The notes beneath the pieces were generated by a model. That model was not told the DNA's origin and made no database searches. It saw only the letters and a program-made list of their open reading frames with translations. Source: Chrysemys picta bellii (taxonomy: Eukaryota). Taken from it: a stretch of 64,000 nucleotides of DNA. Numbering within the stretch: position 1 is the stretch's first letter; every line of letters starts with the position of its first letter. The position numbers and the translations under genes were made by a program. The stretch is from positions 54,560,001 through 54,624,000 of the forward strand of contig NC_088798.1 in assembly GCF_011386835.1 (NCBI RefSeq), given 5' to 3'. Below are positions 37,201 through 49,699 of this stretch, piece by piece.

Positions 37201-37998
37201 TGCAGTACAAATTAAAACTAAAACAAAAATTCCATAATATGGCTAAAATGTTGAAACATTCAACAAGATTAATACAGGACAGTAGCCAAGGAAAGTCATA
37301 ACATTACCCTACCCTCTCCACTGAGCATCTGGAGCAATGTCAGATCAGCCTTAAAGATACAGCCTGCAGGGAAACACGGGATAGTGAATAAACCGGCTTC
37401 AAACAAAGTCAGCTACTGCAAGTAAATATTAATACAGCATTTAAAACCCTTACTTAAGACTGTGGATGTCTAGTTATTAGAGGACAGGACTGAGGTTTTA
37501 GTCTCAGATATAACATTTACTATTAAACCTGGGGAAAAGTTCCTTCACCTCCGTGCCTTAGTACACCAACCTACAAAATGGCTATAATACATACTCAGCT
37601 TAATTGTCTCTAGAACATCGAGTTCAAGTGAAAGGTACTGTAAAAACAAAGCATTCTTAAACGCAGTCAGTCTCCTGATAATACTGCTGCTATTAATGCA
37701 GTCCATTCATACAATTAGGAGTTTCCAGGAGACAAGCTTCTATGTTGCAGAATACTTTAAGTCTACACATCATCTCCTACTAGAGAATCTCATGGTAAGT
37801 AGCGTGGTACTCCAAAGAAAGCTCCAAACAGCAACATGTTCACAAAGCTTTCTGCTAGAAATCTGCCACAAGTGATTGGAAAAATGTCTACAAGATCTCT
37901 CTCTACTCCCACAGTGTTAATCATAATCATATCATATACCAATAGTAATAACTTCCAATAGTAAGTGACTTGCTGCAAACTTGCATCTCTTGTGAAAC

Positions 37999-38248
37999 TA
38001 AGGGGTTGTTGCCACAGAAATTTACTGGCAGAACTATACTAGTATAATTATAGCAGTATAACTGCATGTGTGTTCTTACTCCAGAATAAGTGTACACACA
38101 AGGAGTTATAGCACTATAATTATAGCACTATGGTTCTGCCAGTATAATTATTCCAGTACAACTTCCCATGTGGACACTTATTCCAGATGAAAAGTGCCCA
38201 CAAAATTACATTGCTCAGTATACTAGTATAGTTCCCCATGTAGGCAAA
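37999..38248. mobile_element. Decayed non-autonomous Harbinger-type element
   Basis: Repeated tatagcagtata/tataccagtata motifs; right end ccccatgtaggcaaac similar to GTAGACAAGCC. Confidence 0.4.
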
Positions 38249-39002
38249 CTGAAACCAAGTAATTAAATGGTATAATTTAGTTTTATTATTTAAGATCAAA
38301 CTTTCAAACCAGCAGTCTTGATGCTACTCAACTGACAAAAGCATTGCTTATGATGGTCAACATAAACAAAAAAAATCAAGCCACATTCATCAGTGTCCAC
38401 ATTTCTCCTATATATTGGGTTTGACCATCTGTGATCTAATGCAGCAATGAATGCTACTTCAAAAGTTCAGGAAAAAGTTATTTCCAAGTATGTAAACATT
38501 TGAAAAATAAAGCTTTACTTTATGTCATGCCCAGAGTGGGTCTCCTCTCACCCTGCCTCCTACCATGAAGGAGGCATCAGAGCAGCACCAGTTGAGCTAT
38601 CAAGTCACAACTGAAAACATCCTGATATAAAATATAATAAACAATTAGCTTATCTATTTAAATACTGAAAATTAATCCAGACAGAAGCTTAACATCTTCA
38701 GGTAAAAGCAATTCAGACCTACATGCCAAATCATTTTCTTTTAATGAATACATTACATCTTTGAGTAAAAAGGTAAGCAAGACAACCACAAAATGCTAAT
38801 ACAGCAAATTCTTCTCTAGCCAGAATATTAACCAAGAGAGACATGCTCCTCTTTTCTCCACACAGGCAGAGAAAGGACACCAATTACACAGAAGCCTGTG
38901 CAATAGACTACATGCAAATTTAGGACATTATTAAAAGCTAAGAGTACTTTTAGAATAGTGTGTTCGAAAGAGGATCAGAAAGTATCTTTCAACCCAACAT
39001 CA

Positions 39003-39229
39003 CAGGGGTTCTCAAACTTTTTTTCACGGGGATCCCCTTTAAAAATATTTCAGGCTGTGATACTCCTCACCCCCCCCACCCCCCCCGCCACCCTTACTTC
39101 TGCGCTGCTTCTTGTGGCGGCGCAGCCTTCAGGGCCGGGCACCTGGCCAGCAACTGCCACTCTCACGACCCCCCTACAATACTCTTGCAACCCCCTTTTG
39201 AGTTGGGGCCCCCAGTTTAAGAAACCCTG
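39003..39229. mobile_element. hAT-type MITE
   Basis: TIR CAGGGGTTCTCAAACT / AGTTTAAGAAACCCTG; internal cttacttctgcgctgct unit shared with the 3946/11754 family; no TSD recognisable. Confidence 0.75.
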
Positions 39230-40416
39230 CTGTAACACTAACTGATTTTAGTATGCATCTGCTGGTGCAACTGGGGAAGTGCAGAAGCACATCTGTGATT
39301 GGGATTGCCCTAATGGGTTGATATAAAGAATGTGGAGGGAGAAGATCCTGGACTCAGTGTAAATGTAACTTCTCACATGATGCACTGCTGTGGTTGGAAA
39401 ACAGTATTTGCTACTTTACATTTTCTAGTAGGAAACAGACCCTGACTTACAATGTTGCAATGAAAAGGGACATAAGTTTGAGAAGGCCAGAGCACTGAAC
39501 AATTGTACATGTGATTCATGAGTTTAGCACGTGCTGTAGCAAGTTATTTTTTCTTATTCTGCAGCAGTTTCTTTGGTGCCAGTGTTGGCATAAAGTTTAC
39601 AATCAATTTGATATTCAAAGGATATGCACTACACTGAACAAATACAGCGCTATAAAGCAGAATCTTTAGGCTGGAATCCAGCTTACATCAGTAGTAAGCA
39701 AAAGTTACTGCTTTTAACTCTTTAGTGGTTTGTGTGAAATAGATTGGTGTTCTCAATACAAATCTCAGAAGAGAAATATACATTTGACAAAATTTCAAGC
39801 CTGTTGGCAAGTCTCTTCTGATAATTGAGCACTCCTTCATCCTTTTAGCTGATAACTTTTGGTCAGATTGATGGTGACCCTTGGGGAAATTCAGTGCATC
39901 TTTTCTGTAGAAAGAGCTTATGAATGTCTATTTGACAGCTCTGAAGCGAAGTCCTCTAAGTTCACTTAGACTTCTTCCAAAAGTATTTCTCCCTGCCTAC
40001 TCTGGAAAATGCTTTTGCTGACAGTTTCTAGATTTGTGTATCTGGGGAGCGGTGGCAGGGCATCCCGAGTGGAAGGCCTAAGTATCTGGAATTTGCTTCC
40101 CCCACTAGTTCAACACATCCTAAGTTTAGTGACCTTCATGAAGCAGTGCCACTCACCAATTTATTCCAGCTTTTGCCTAAATGGGCATTAGGGTGTGATT
40201 AAGGTTTTGCAATGGTTTGGGGAGTTTGACATAACTAAGTATTAATGTATAGGTGAATTTTATAAATTGAACTAGTACAATATAATATATTCTCATATGA
40301 ATTGCTTGCCCAAATAGCTTTTGGAAGCTTGAGGTTAACTGAATAGGTAGTTTTGAGTATATAAACTTGGAAGTGTTGTTAACCATTTTCAGAAAGTTTT
40401 AACGTTTGTTCAAAAA

Positions 40417-40614
40417 CACCTCTACCCCGATATAATGTTGTCCTCGGGAGCCAAAAAAACCCAAAACAACTTACCGCATTATAGGTGAAACCGCGTTATA
40501 TCGAACTTGCTTTGATCTGCTGGAGTGCGCAGCCCCTCCCCCCCGGAGTACTGCTTTACCGTGTTATATCCAAATTCGTGTTATATCAGGTCGGGTTATA
40601 TCGGGGTAGAGGTA
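40417..40614. mobile_element. Tc1/mariner (Tigger-like) MITE
   Basis: TIR CACCTCTACCCCGATATAA / TTATATCGGGGTAGAGGTA; TA at right flank, AA at left. Confidence 0.85.
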
Positions 40615-41404
40615 TACTTCATTTAAAAGAAATCACTTGTTCTACATAAGAGCTCACAGGACTATTTTTATTGAGTTAGAATGCAAGGAGGTTTCAGTTA
40701 AAATTTCAGCTATAACTTCAGCAAGAGAACTAAAGCACCACTCCATCAAATCTATGCTTCCACCTAAAGGTTCTAGCCCTTTACACTGTAAAGATAAATA
40801 ACTGACAAAACATTGGAAAGTTTTGCTAGAAGAGAGTCTTCGGCTCCAACCTCAACCCCTGGCCCGAGTTCTACTTCTGGAATCTTCATCCCTGCATGAG
40901 TCCTCTCTGACCCCTTCTCTTATTGTCAACACAGCTCCACTTACAATATTGACTGGAAGAAGCTGGCAATCCCACTACCATTGCACATTACCATTACTTC
41001 ATTCAAGACTCCAAGCTACCGCCCTTACCAGCTCCACTCTCGTATCAAAAGAGTTTCCCCTCATCTGTTCCCCTATTGCTTCCAATACCATGTTTCTCCA
41101 GACATATAGTGAAGTGACACTCCGTAACAAGACCTGGCAATGAAAATGTGCCCAATATGCAAGACCACCTCCAAGAAGGGTAAACATATATGCCTGCTCC
41201 CATTCCTCTCCATCCAAGTATATGGGATTCACTCAAATCCATGTGCAGAACAGACAGACTAAAGGTGGTTTCTGGACTGCCGTAAGGGTGAACAGGGTAA
41301 GTACAAGGCTCTTTCTAGCCCTTATAGGGAGAATGGTGTGTCAGACTGTATGTGAAAGGTAAGCGTGAGAAATTTCATCTGACCTATGGGAAGTCAGAAC
41401 TGGA

Positions 41405-42510
41405 GTAGGGCAAGAGGAAAGAGGGCAAGTGGGGCAATTTGCCCCAAGCACCACAGGGGCACCCACGAGTATGTCGGAGGCTCCCCCTGCCTCCGTCTTC
41501 CCCCATCCCCCGGCGTCTCAGCTGGTAAGGGGGCGGGGCTGCGAGCTGCGGCAGCTCAGGCCCCGCTGGAAACACTACGCCGCTGCAGGGCTGGACGCGG
41601 CGCACTGAGACTCCGGGAGAGGGGGTAAGCGGCATGGTAAGGGGCTGGGGCTGGGGCCGGGCACTCCCCCGACCCTATCCCACACAGCTCTGACCCCCAG
41701 CTCCAAGCCCAGCCCCTCTGAGCCAGACCCCCCCCCCCCAGCCCTGACCCCCAGCTACAAACCCAGCTCCTGTGAGCCGGGCATCCCCCGACCCCATTCT
41801 CCCCACAGCCCTGACCCCAGCCCCTCTGAGCCGGGCACCTCCCTAAGCCCAGCTCCCCCCCCCCCCCCCGGAGCCCAGCCCCCCCACAGCCCAGACCCTC
41901 TGAGCCGGGTACCCCCCCACAGCCCAGCCCCCCCACAGCCCTGACCCCCAGCTCCAAGCCCAGACCTTCTGAGCTGGACTCCCCTGACCCCCATCCCCCC
42001 ACTGCCCTGACCCCCAGCTCCAAGCCCAGCCCCTCTGAGACAGGCACCCCCAACCCCATCCTCCCCACAGCCCTGACTCCAGCCCCTCTGAGCCGGGCAC
42101 CCCCCCAACCCCATCCCCTCCACAGCCCAGACCCCCAGCTCCGAGCCCACCCCCTCTGAGCCGGACACCCCCACAGCCTTGAGTCCAGCCCCTGTGAGCC
42201 GGGCACCCCCCAACCCAGAGCCCAGCACCACCCCCAGGCAGCGACAGCCCATTGGCACCAACCATCACCATCACCCAGCAACAGCCTATTATATAATTGC
42301 AAATGTATACATACCATCAAAGCATTTAATGTTTTTAAATAATGTATTTTGTGTATTTTCAAATTATTACAAATTAATCTTTGAATGTATTTCACTAGTT
42401 ATTTTTTACATTTCCAAATATATGTTACTATAGTATTGCAACTTTTTTTTATGGAAGGAGCCCCCGAAATTGCTTTGCCCAAGGTCCCCTGAATCCTTTG
42501 GGCGGCCCTG
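41405..42510. mobile_element. hAT-type non-autonomous element carrying a GC-rich minisatellite
   Basis: Right end gcccaaggtcccctgaatcctttgggcggccctg; left end degraded (gggcaagtggggcaatttgcccca); left boundary uncertain. Confidence 0.6.
41660..42230. repeat. GC-rich minisatellite, about 9 units of 50-70 bp
   Basis: Recurrent CAGCCCCTCTGAGCCGGGCACCCCCC and CCCCACAGCCCTGACCCCCAGCTCC motifs. Confidence 0.85.
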
Positions 42511-43262
42511 ATATCCTTATGGGATATCCTCAGCATCCCTTGTGATAACACATGCATTAGTGCACAGATAGTCAATCTGCATGCACTGGCTGGCTGCCCG
42601 TCATCTGGGAACAGGTAAATGACATTAAATTCAACCCTGGGAAAATCCATTTATTCATCTCCTTGAACAGTTCTAGTAACCTAAAGAAAAAAAAAAGTCA
42701 TAACACAGAAGACCAATTACTCAGAAGTCTTTTCCAATCTAACAGTCTTGGAACAAGACTGTAAAATTCTACTTGCTCCCAATGAAAAACTGCTTTTGAC
42801 AAGTTACGAATCAGTTTCACCACACCCCATCACCATGATAAGGATAGTAGATGTTTGCATCTTACCACCTATACATTCTATGACAACTTTGCATGGCTCC
42901 TTTGAAACCAAGCAAGGAAGACACTAGACTTTAGTGTCCTAAAGAGAAGCAACGCTATGGCCTATGACAGAGAATGGAAAGAACACTGACACCACTACTT
43001 TCTCATCTCCCATGTCAACACTCAGAGAAACACACTAGTTTCAATTCTGGGTTGTAACAGATATTCACAAGTCATTACAGCAATATTAGATCTAAAACTT
43101 TTTCAACAACAACACTGCACCCATTACATTAGAGAAGTTACTGAATTAACAATATTTTTACTGCTACCTTTGTTAGTGAATAATGTTGCTGTGTATGATA
43201 AGCAAGAGGTTCAGCAATTAAAACTGATGTTTCAGCTATGTGTTTTGTAACACTTATATCCT

Positions 43263-43406
43263 ATCATAGAATATATGGGTTGGAAGGGACCTCAGGAGGT
43301 CATATAGTCCAGGACCCATCCCCAACTAAATCCCCAAATGGCCCCCTCAAGGACTGAACTCACAACCCTGGGTTTAGCAGTCCAATGCTCAAACCACTGA
43401 GCTATC
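43263..43406 (-). mobile_element. tRNA-derived tortoise PolIII-type SINE with CR1-derived 3' tail
   Basis: Minus strand GATAGCTCAGTGGTTTGAGCATTGGACTGCTAAACCCAGGGTTGTGAGTTCAGTCCTTGAGGGGGCC (A/B boxes) joined to a CR1 tail (cctgaggtcccttccaaccc...ttctatgat). Confidence 0.8.
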
Positions 43407-44126
43407 TTTGCCCCCCCCCCCATCCTATCTATAACCAGTATTTAAGTGATCCCATGCCAGAGGTCAGATCTGAGCAAGGACCTTAAAAGCCACTGAATTC
43501 AGACTGATGTTATTTAGATCATCAAATCAGCTTCAGATATGAAGTTATTTAGGTCAGACTTGAAGTGGCTAGATTGCTTTCTGGGGGTTAATAATCTAGC
43601 GGCAGTTAAAATAGCCCCTTTAAAAATAGTGCTAAGTTTGAGACCATCAAAGGTAAGCATTCTAAAATATTCAACATAATGGATAATAGAATATTCTATT
43701 TAATACTATGCTCTCGGTGTATATATAACAAAATACGCAGCCTTATCATTTTGCAGGACCTAAACAGCAAAGAGTAGCTGTCACTAGCATCAAATGGTAA
43801 CGAACTAGATTTTCCTCCAGCCTCGTAACTACATTTTAATTCTTATGGATGGCTGCCAGAGGTCTTCTGAAGATTATTAATCTGGTTTATAACTTCTGAT
43901 AAACAGACTAACTGGCTACATTTGAAGTGTCTTCCAACAAAGTATTGTGTGTCCATTGAAAGCAACTGCTCTAGTAGAATAGGCTATATTTCCACAAGTT
44001 GATACTCATTCAAACAGAGGCAGCATCTAAAATACACAGTTTCATTAGCCAGCACTTCAAAAACTCCCCAGCAAATGCCATCAACTTCTATAAACTAACC
44101 TTACACTTTTTTCTTTTTTAAAGGAG

Positions 44127-44129
<3 letters not shown>

Positions 44130-44178
<49 letters not shown>

Positions 44179-44196
44179 TATGTATGTATGTATGTA
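44130..44196. repeat. Compound microsatellite (GA)n(ATGT)n
   Basis: About 23 GA units followed by about 5 ATGT units. Confidence 0.95.
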
Positions 44197-45520
44197 TAGA
44201 TATCTATCAATAAATAAATAAGGGCTTTAGATTAATCGCCATTAAATCATGCCATTTTTTTTAGTTAATTGCAATTAAAAAATTAATTGCACAGTTAAAT
44301 AGAATAGCAATTGAAATTTATTAAATATTTTTGGATGTCTTTCTACATTTTCAAATATATCAGTTTCAAATATATCGATTTCAATTACAACACAGAATAC
44401 AAAGTGTACAGTGCTCACTTTATACTATTTTTTACTACAAATATTTGCACTGTAAAAAAGATAAAGATATGAGGTGAATTGAAAAATACTCAGTAATGAA
44501 GCACAATCTCATGTGAAAGGACAACTTAAATGTAGATTTTTTTGTTCTGTTACATAACTGCACTCAAAAAGCAAAACAATGTAAAAACTTTAGAGCCTAC
44601 AAGTTCACTCGGTCTTACTTCTTGTTCAGACAAACAAGTTTGTTTACATTTACGGGACACAATGCTGCCCGCTTCTTATTTACAATGTCACCTGAAAGTG
44701 AGAACAGGCACTTGCATGGCACTTTTGTACCCAGCACTGATTGCAAGGTATTTACGTGACGGATATACTAAACATTCATATGCCCCTTCGTGCTTCGGCC
44801 ACCATTCCAGAGGACATTCCATGCCGATGATGCTTGTTAAAAAAGGTGCGTTAATTAAATTTGTGATTGAACTTCTTGGGGGAGAACTGTATGTCTCCTG
44901 CTCTGTTTTACCCGCATTCTGCCATATATTTCATGTTATAGCAATCTCGGGTGATGACCCAGCTCATTAGTTTTAAAAAACACTTTCACTGCAGATTTGA
45001 CAAACCGCAAAGAAGGTACCTATGTGAGATTTCTAAAGGTAGCTACAGCACTCAACTCAAGGTTTAAGAATCTGAAGTGCCTTCCAAAATCTGAGAGGGA
45101 GGAGGTGTGCTTTCAGAAGGCTTAAAAGAGCAACACTCTGATGCGGAAACTACAGAACTGAACTACCAAAAAAGAAAATCAGCCTTCTGCTGGTGGCATC
45201 TGACTCAGATTATGAAAATAAATATGCATTGGTCCGCACTGCTTCGGATCTTTACAGGTGAGTCGCATCATACGCACATTTAACTTACGCGAATTCAACT
45301 ATACGCGCTCAGCAAAAAAAGAAAAACAACAACATGATACCTATAAATAGTGCGGGCGATTCCACCCAATGAGCATATGCCCCAGAGTGAGCGTGAGATG
45401 GGAGACGTGAATCTGCTGTTCCCTCAGTCGGTCTCAGTTCCGAGGTGCCTCTCATAGTGTGAGCATCTCGCCGCGCTGAGTGTGATTCTAGTGTTTAACG
45501 ATACGTATTGTTCGTACAAC

Positions 45521-47648
45521 ATGGCCCCTAAACACAAGCCAACTATTTCATCTGGTGCTCAACCGAAGAAACAGCGATCTGTTCCAAGGCTGGAGGAAAA
45601 ACTGGCTGTGTTGGACTTATTGAGAGACGGTATGCCAACGTGGTGCGTAAATATGTCCGCAACAAATTTAGCATCCTTGCCATCAAGACGAGAGAGAGAG
45701 AAATTCATCAAGCCATGGCATCAAGTGCTCCAATAACTGCTAAGGTGACGAGCCAGGTGCGTGATAAGACTTTAGCGAAGACTGAAAAAACATTAAACTT
45801 ATGGCTGGAAGACATGAACCGTAAACGTGTGCCTATCGATGGCAACACGTTGTGAGAAAAGGCTCTTAGCCTCCACGCGCTGTTCAAACCTCCTGCCGAA
45901 GAGGGACAGCCTTCTGATGAGAAGGAATTCAAAGCCAGCCAAGGTTGGCTTAACAGTTTTAGGAACCACTTCAACCTCAAAAACAACAGTAGTGCAAACT
46001 AGTGGTGAAGCTGCATCTGCTAATGAAGAGGCAGCAAAAGCCTACCCCGAACAATTAAAGAAAATCATAGAAAAAAAGGGCTATCTTCCAGAACAAGTTT
46101 TTAAATGCTGACGAGACTAGGCTCTTCTGGAAAAAAAATGCCCAACCGCACTTACATTTCAAAATCAGAAAGACAAGCCCCTGGCTTCAAAGCAGCTAAA
46201 GACTGTGTTGTTTTGTGGCAATGAGGCTGGGCATTTAATAAAGCTGGGCTTGCTCTACAGGGCTGCAAATCCCCGTGCCCTAAAAGGCAAGAACAAAAAT
46301 CTCCTGCCTGTGTTCTGGCAATCAAATAAAAAGGCTTAGGTGATGGCAGCATTATTTCTGGATTGGTTCCACAAGTGTTTCATTCTGGAGGTCAAGAGGT
46401 ACCTCGAAGAGAAAGGACTTGACTTTAAAGTGTTGCTGATCATAGACAATGCTCCTGGCCACCCTGAGGCACTCCGGTTTGCACATAATGTTGAAGTAGT
46501 CTCTCCCCCCCCACCCATACCACCTCCATCCTCCAACCTCTCAACCAAAGTGTGATTCGCTGTTTCAAGGCCACGTACATGAGGCTTACGTTCTCACGGA
46601 TACGCAGCGCTATGGATGCTGATCCCAATCTTAATGTGATGGAGTGTTGGAAGTCCTTCAACATTGCGGATTGCATCACTTATATTAAACAGGCAATGGA
46701 TGCAATCAAGCCTGAAACAGTCAATGCATGTTGGCGAAACCTATGGAAAGAATGTGTGAATGATTTTAAGGGTTTCACTTCTTTGTCAATGGTCGTGAAA
46801 CGCATTGTTCAGGTGGCCAGGCAAGTGGGTGGCGATGGCTTCGTCGACATCCTTGAGGAAGAAATTGAAGAATTAATTGAGAGCCATAGAGAAACATTGA
46901 TTAACAATGAGTTAGAGCAGGGGTCGGCAACGTTCGGCACGCGGCTCGCCAGGGTAAGCACCCTGGCGGGCCGGGCCAGTTTATTTACCTGCTGACGCAG
47001 CAGGTTCAGCCAATCGCGGCCCCCACTGGCCACGGTTCGCCGTCCTGGGCCAATGGGGGTGGCGAGAAGTGGCGCAGGCGAGCGATGTGCTAGCCGCGGC
47101 TTCTCGCCGCCCCCATTGGCCCAGGACGCGGGCCAGTGGGGGCCGCGATCGGCCGAACCTGCCGCGTCAGCAGGTAAATAAAACTGGCCCGGCCCGCCAG
47201 GGTGCTTACCCTGGCGAGCCACGTGCTGAACGTTGCCGACCCCTGAGTTAGAGGAACTGATAAAATCGTCTACAGAAGATGAAGATGACGACGACGACGA
47301 CGACGACGACAACAGGAAGAGCCAGCAAGTTGGAATCTTCATAAATTTGCTGAAGTGTTCCAAGCAGCGAAACACTTGAATGATTTAATTTCTGAACACA
47401 ATCCCTCAATGGAACGAAGCCTCAAAATCACATGTAGTATTACAGACAAATTGAGACCGTATCAAGAAATGTTTGAGCAGCTCAAGAGACAACAGCTACA
47501 GTTGCCATTCACCATGTTTTTCAAGGAAAAACAACCAGATGAGCCTACGCAATCAACTTCTCGAGATGAACTAGAGCCAACCACTTCGTCTACGACTCGC
47601 TCTCCGTCACCCAAGCTCTCCGTCTCCTGGATCGACATCAAGCCCTGA
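45521..47648 (+). pseudogene. Tigger (TIGD1-like) transposase, disrupted
   Basis: MAPKHK...LEEKLAVLD (CENP-B HTH), FKASQGW, GEAASA, NADE, KVLLIIDNAPGH, IRCFKATY, acidic tail; frameshifts, stops and MITE insertion. Confidence 0.88.
46918..47245. mobile_element. Near-palindromic hAT-type MITE (328 bp) inserted in the Tigger ORF
   Basis: Perfect 8-bp TSD AGTTAGAG; TIR CAGGGGTCGGCAACGTTC / GAACGTTGCCGACCCCTG; arms complementary over most of the length; CpG-rich. Confidence 0.95.
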
Positions 47649-49699
47649 CGACCCCCTGTAATTACCCCCTGTAATTAAAAATACAGTACTGTAAAATTAT
47701 ATTTTGCATATGTACTCTTTATTATATACTGTACACATACATATTACTGTACAGGGTTGTATACACAAAACCATGTACAATATACTGTACTTTATGGGCG
47801 ATTTAAGGGATTTTCAAGGGTAATTTTGACTATACACGATTTTCGCCTTACGTGCGGACTTTAGAACCTAACCCCCGCGTAAGATGCGACTCCACTGTAT
47901 CTAACAGAACCCATCATCGGAATGGATGCATGTCCTCTGGAAGGGTGGTTGAAGCATGAAGGGACATATGAATCTTTAGGCCATTGTGTGAAAACAAAAC
48001 ATGGGAACCATATGAATCATGACTGCTGTAATCTGATGAATCAGGTATCCATATGTTCAACTGAATTTTCAATTATATATAAATTTGATTTTCTGTAATT
48101 TTGCCTTTGAAGACAAAAACATCAACTCCCTTCCAGTTTGTCATCCCTACAGATAAATTTCTATACAAGCCTCAAAATGTCTCATTGCTAGAAGCTCCAT
48201 CATAGTTCTTTCTAGCCTTTGCAGGTCTCTAATAAAAGAGCCCTCTCCATAAAAGAAAGACTTCAGTTAACAGTAGTGATTAAATCCATCATGAAATTTC
48301 AAAGCGTACACAAATTTACCTGTTTTGATCTCAAAGAATACCACTAATTCTGGTTATTTCAGTCTAATTCAGTATGTTCCAAACAGGCCATCCCCACATT
48401 TGGTCTTTGTCTTTAATGCCCTGACTAGCAATCCTGCATGCATGGTGGATGCCGCCAAAATAACTAGCAGTCACCTCAAAAAGCATCAGCAAGTGCTTCA
48501 AGTCACCATCTTTTAGGACAAACTTCTTTCACAATAGATTCAAATATTTGAAACTGAAGAGTTGTGCCAAAACTTAGACTGAATACACTGCTGCACCAGC
48601 TAAATTCAGATGAACCATCTCTTGCGATTCCTGTTGCCTGAAACCTCAATTAATTAAGCTTTTTATTCCTGATGCCATAAACTGTCCCAGATTGTAAATC
48701 TACTACACCAGAGTTAAATAAATCTTGAGTAAATTTGATGTATACCAACCTTTGCTCAAGTACAGATCTGTCATCAGCAAGCACAGTAATAAATTTAGTT
48801 TTCTGTATGCATTTGAGACACTTTCAACTTTGCAGTTGCCTGTATAATGTCTTTCACAAGTGGATGCAAATATGGTCCAATACAAGATTAAGGCCACTTT
48901 TGGCATACAAATTGTAGACGACTACAACAATCTCTAAAACTGAAATGTTTAGGGTATGTGTAATTGAAGTGGCAAACTACTGCATGTCCTTATGTTGTGT
49001 GGTTATGCTTTAGCTACTCACTCCTTAACACACTCTTCCGTGCTATACATTTTATACTTGGGGGAAAATAAACAAAAGGCAACTCAGCTATAGCTACAGA
49101 TCAATATCTCTCTCGCGCGCGCACACACACACACCAGGTCAGTATGCAGTTTTTATATACGTTTAGAACAGTAAGAAGGATTGATTTGTAAATCAAAATA
49201 GCTGCTAATTATGGACTCAGTACAAAGCTTATTATGGATAGGTTGGCTAGTTCGTTCTAACACTTGCCTTTCTGGCAAAATATAACCCTATTTGAACCGA
49301 TTGCGGCCTATAGATTGTAAACTTATTCTCCATATAAAACTCAAAATGGCCTTGGCAGAAGCTACTGCCAAATTTTTGGGGTTCTAGGAGTTGCTGCATA
49401 GCTTACCCTGGCTTGGCTGGGAAATTAAACGTATTTGGAGACCTTTGCATTAAGTACCTCTGAGCTACTTGACTGTTGGGGAAAAAAGACAAGCAGTAGT
49501 GACTTTCCAGAAATTGCTCCTGAATAGTTTTAATGACAAAATTATTCCTCCAAACTGGGCATCAGAACTAAAGCCCAAACAGAGTGTAGTGCAGTGTAAG
49601 AGAGTTCCAAGTAGCAATCTTCTCAGTGACGGATACAGTACCAAGGTATTCTGCAGAAACTTACTCCAGTAACTTCCAGATCACTGGAAACTTAATATA

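Larger units (their letters stand above)
45255..47897 (+). mobile_element. Tigger/pogo DNA transposon, full-length type
   Basis: TA TSD both sides; 21-bp TIR CAGGTGAGTCGCATCATACGC vs CAGTGGAGTCGCATCTTACGC (18/21). Confidence 0.92.
44220..47980. mobile_element. Fold-back hAT derivative (two inverted transposase 3' segments), interrupted by Tigger
   Basis: Left end agggct..attaatcgc homologous to 30471; minus-strand hATC at about 44570-44830; plus-strand FTADLTNRKEG...VASDSD resumes after Tigger as EPIIGMDACPLEGWLKHEGTYESL (47900-47980). Confidence 0.8.

Noticed and set aside
40820-41260. Open stretches (YMFTLLGGGL…) faintly like an RT segment
   Set aside because: No YxDD or other anchor motif; cannot be supported.
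41556-42395. Longest ORFs in the track (279, 168 and 143 aa, Gly/Trp-rich)
   Set aside because: They run through the GC-rich minisatellite in all frames; low-complexity artefacts with no domain signature.
43340-43406. tRNA-like sequence with A and B boxes
   Set aside because: Fused to a CR1-type tail and lacking a clean acceptor stem; it is a SINE head, not a tRNA gene.
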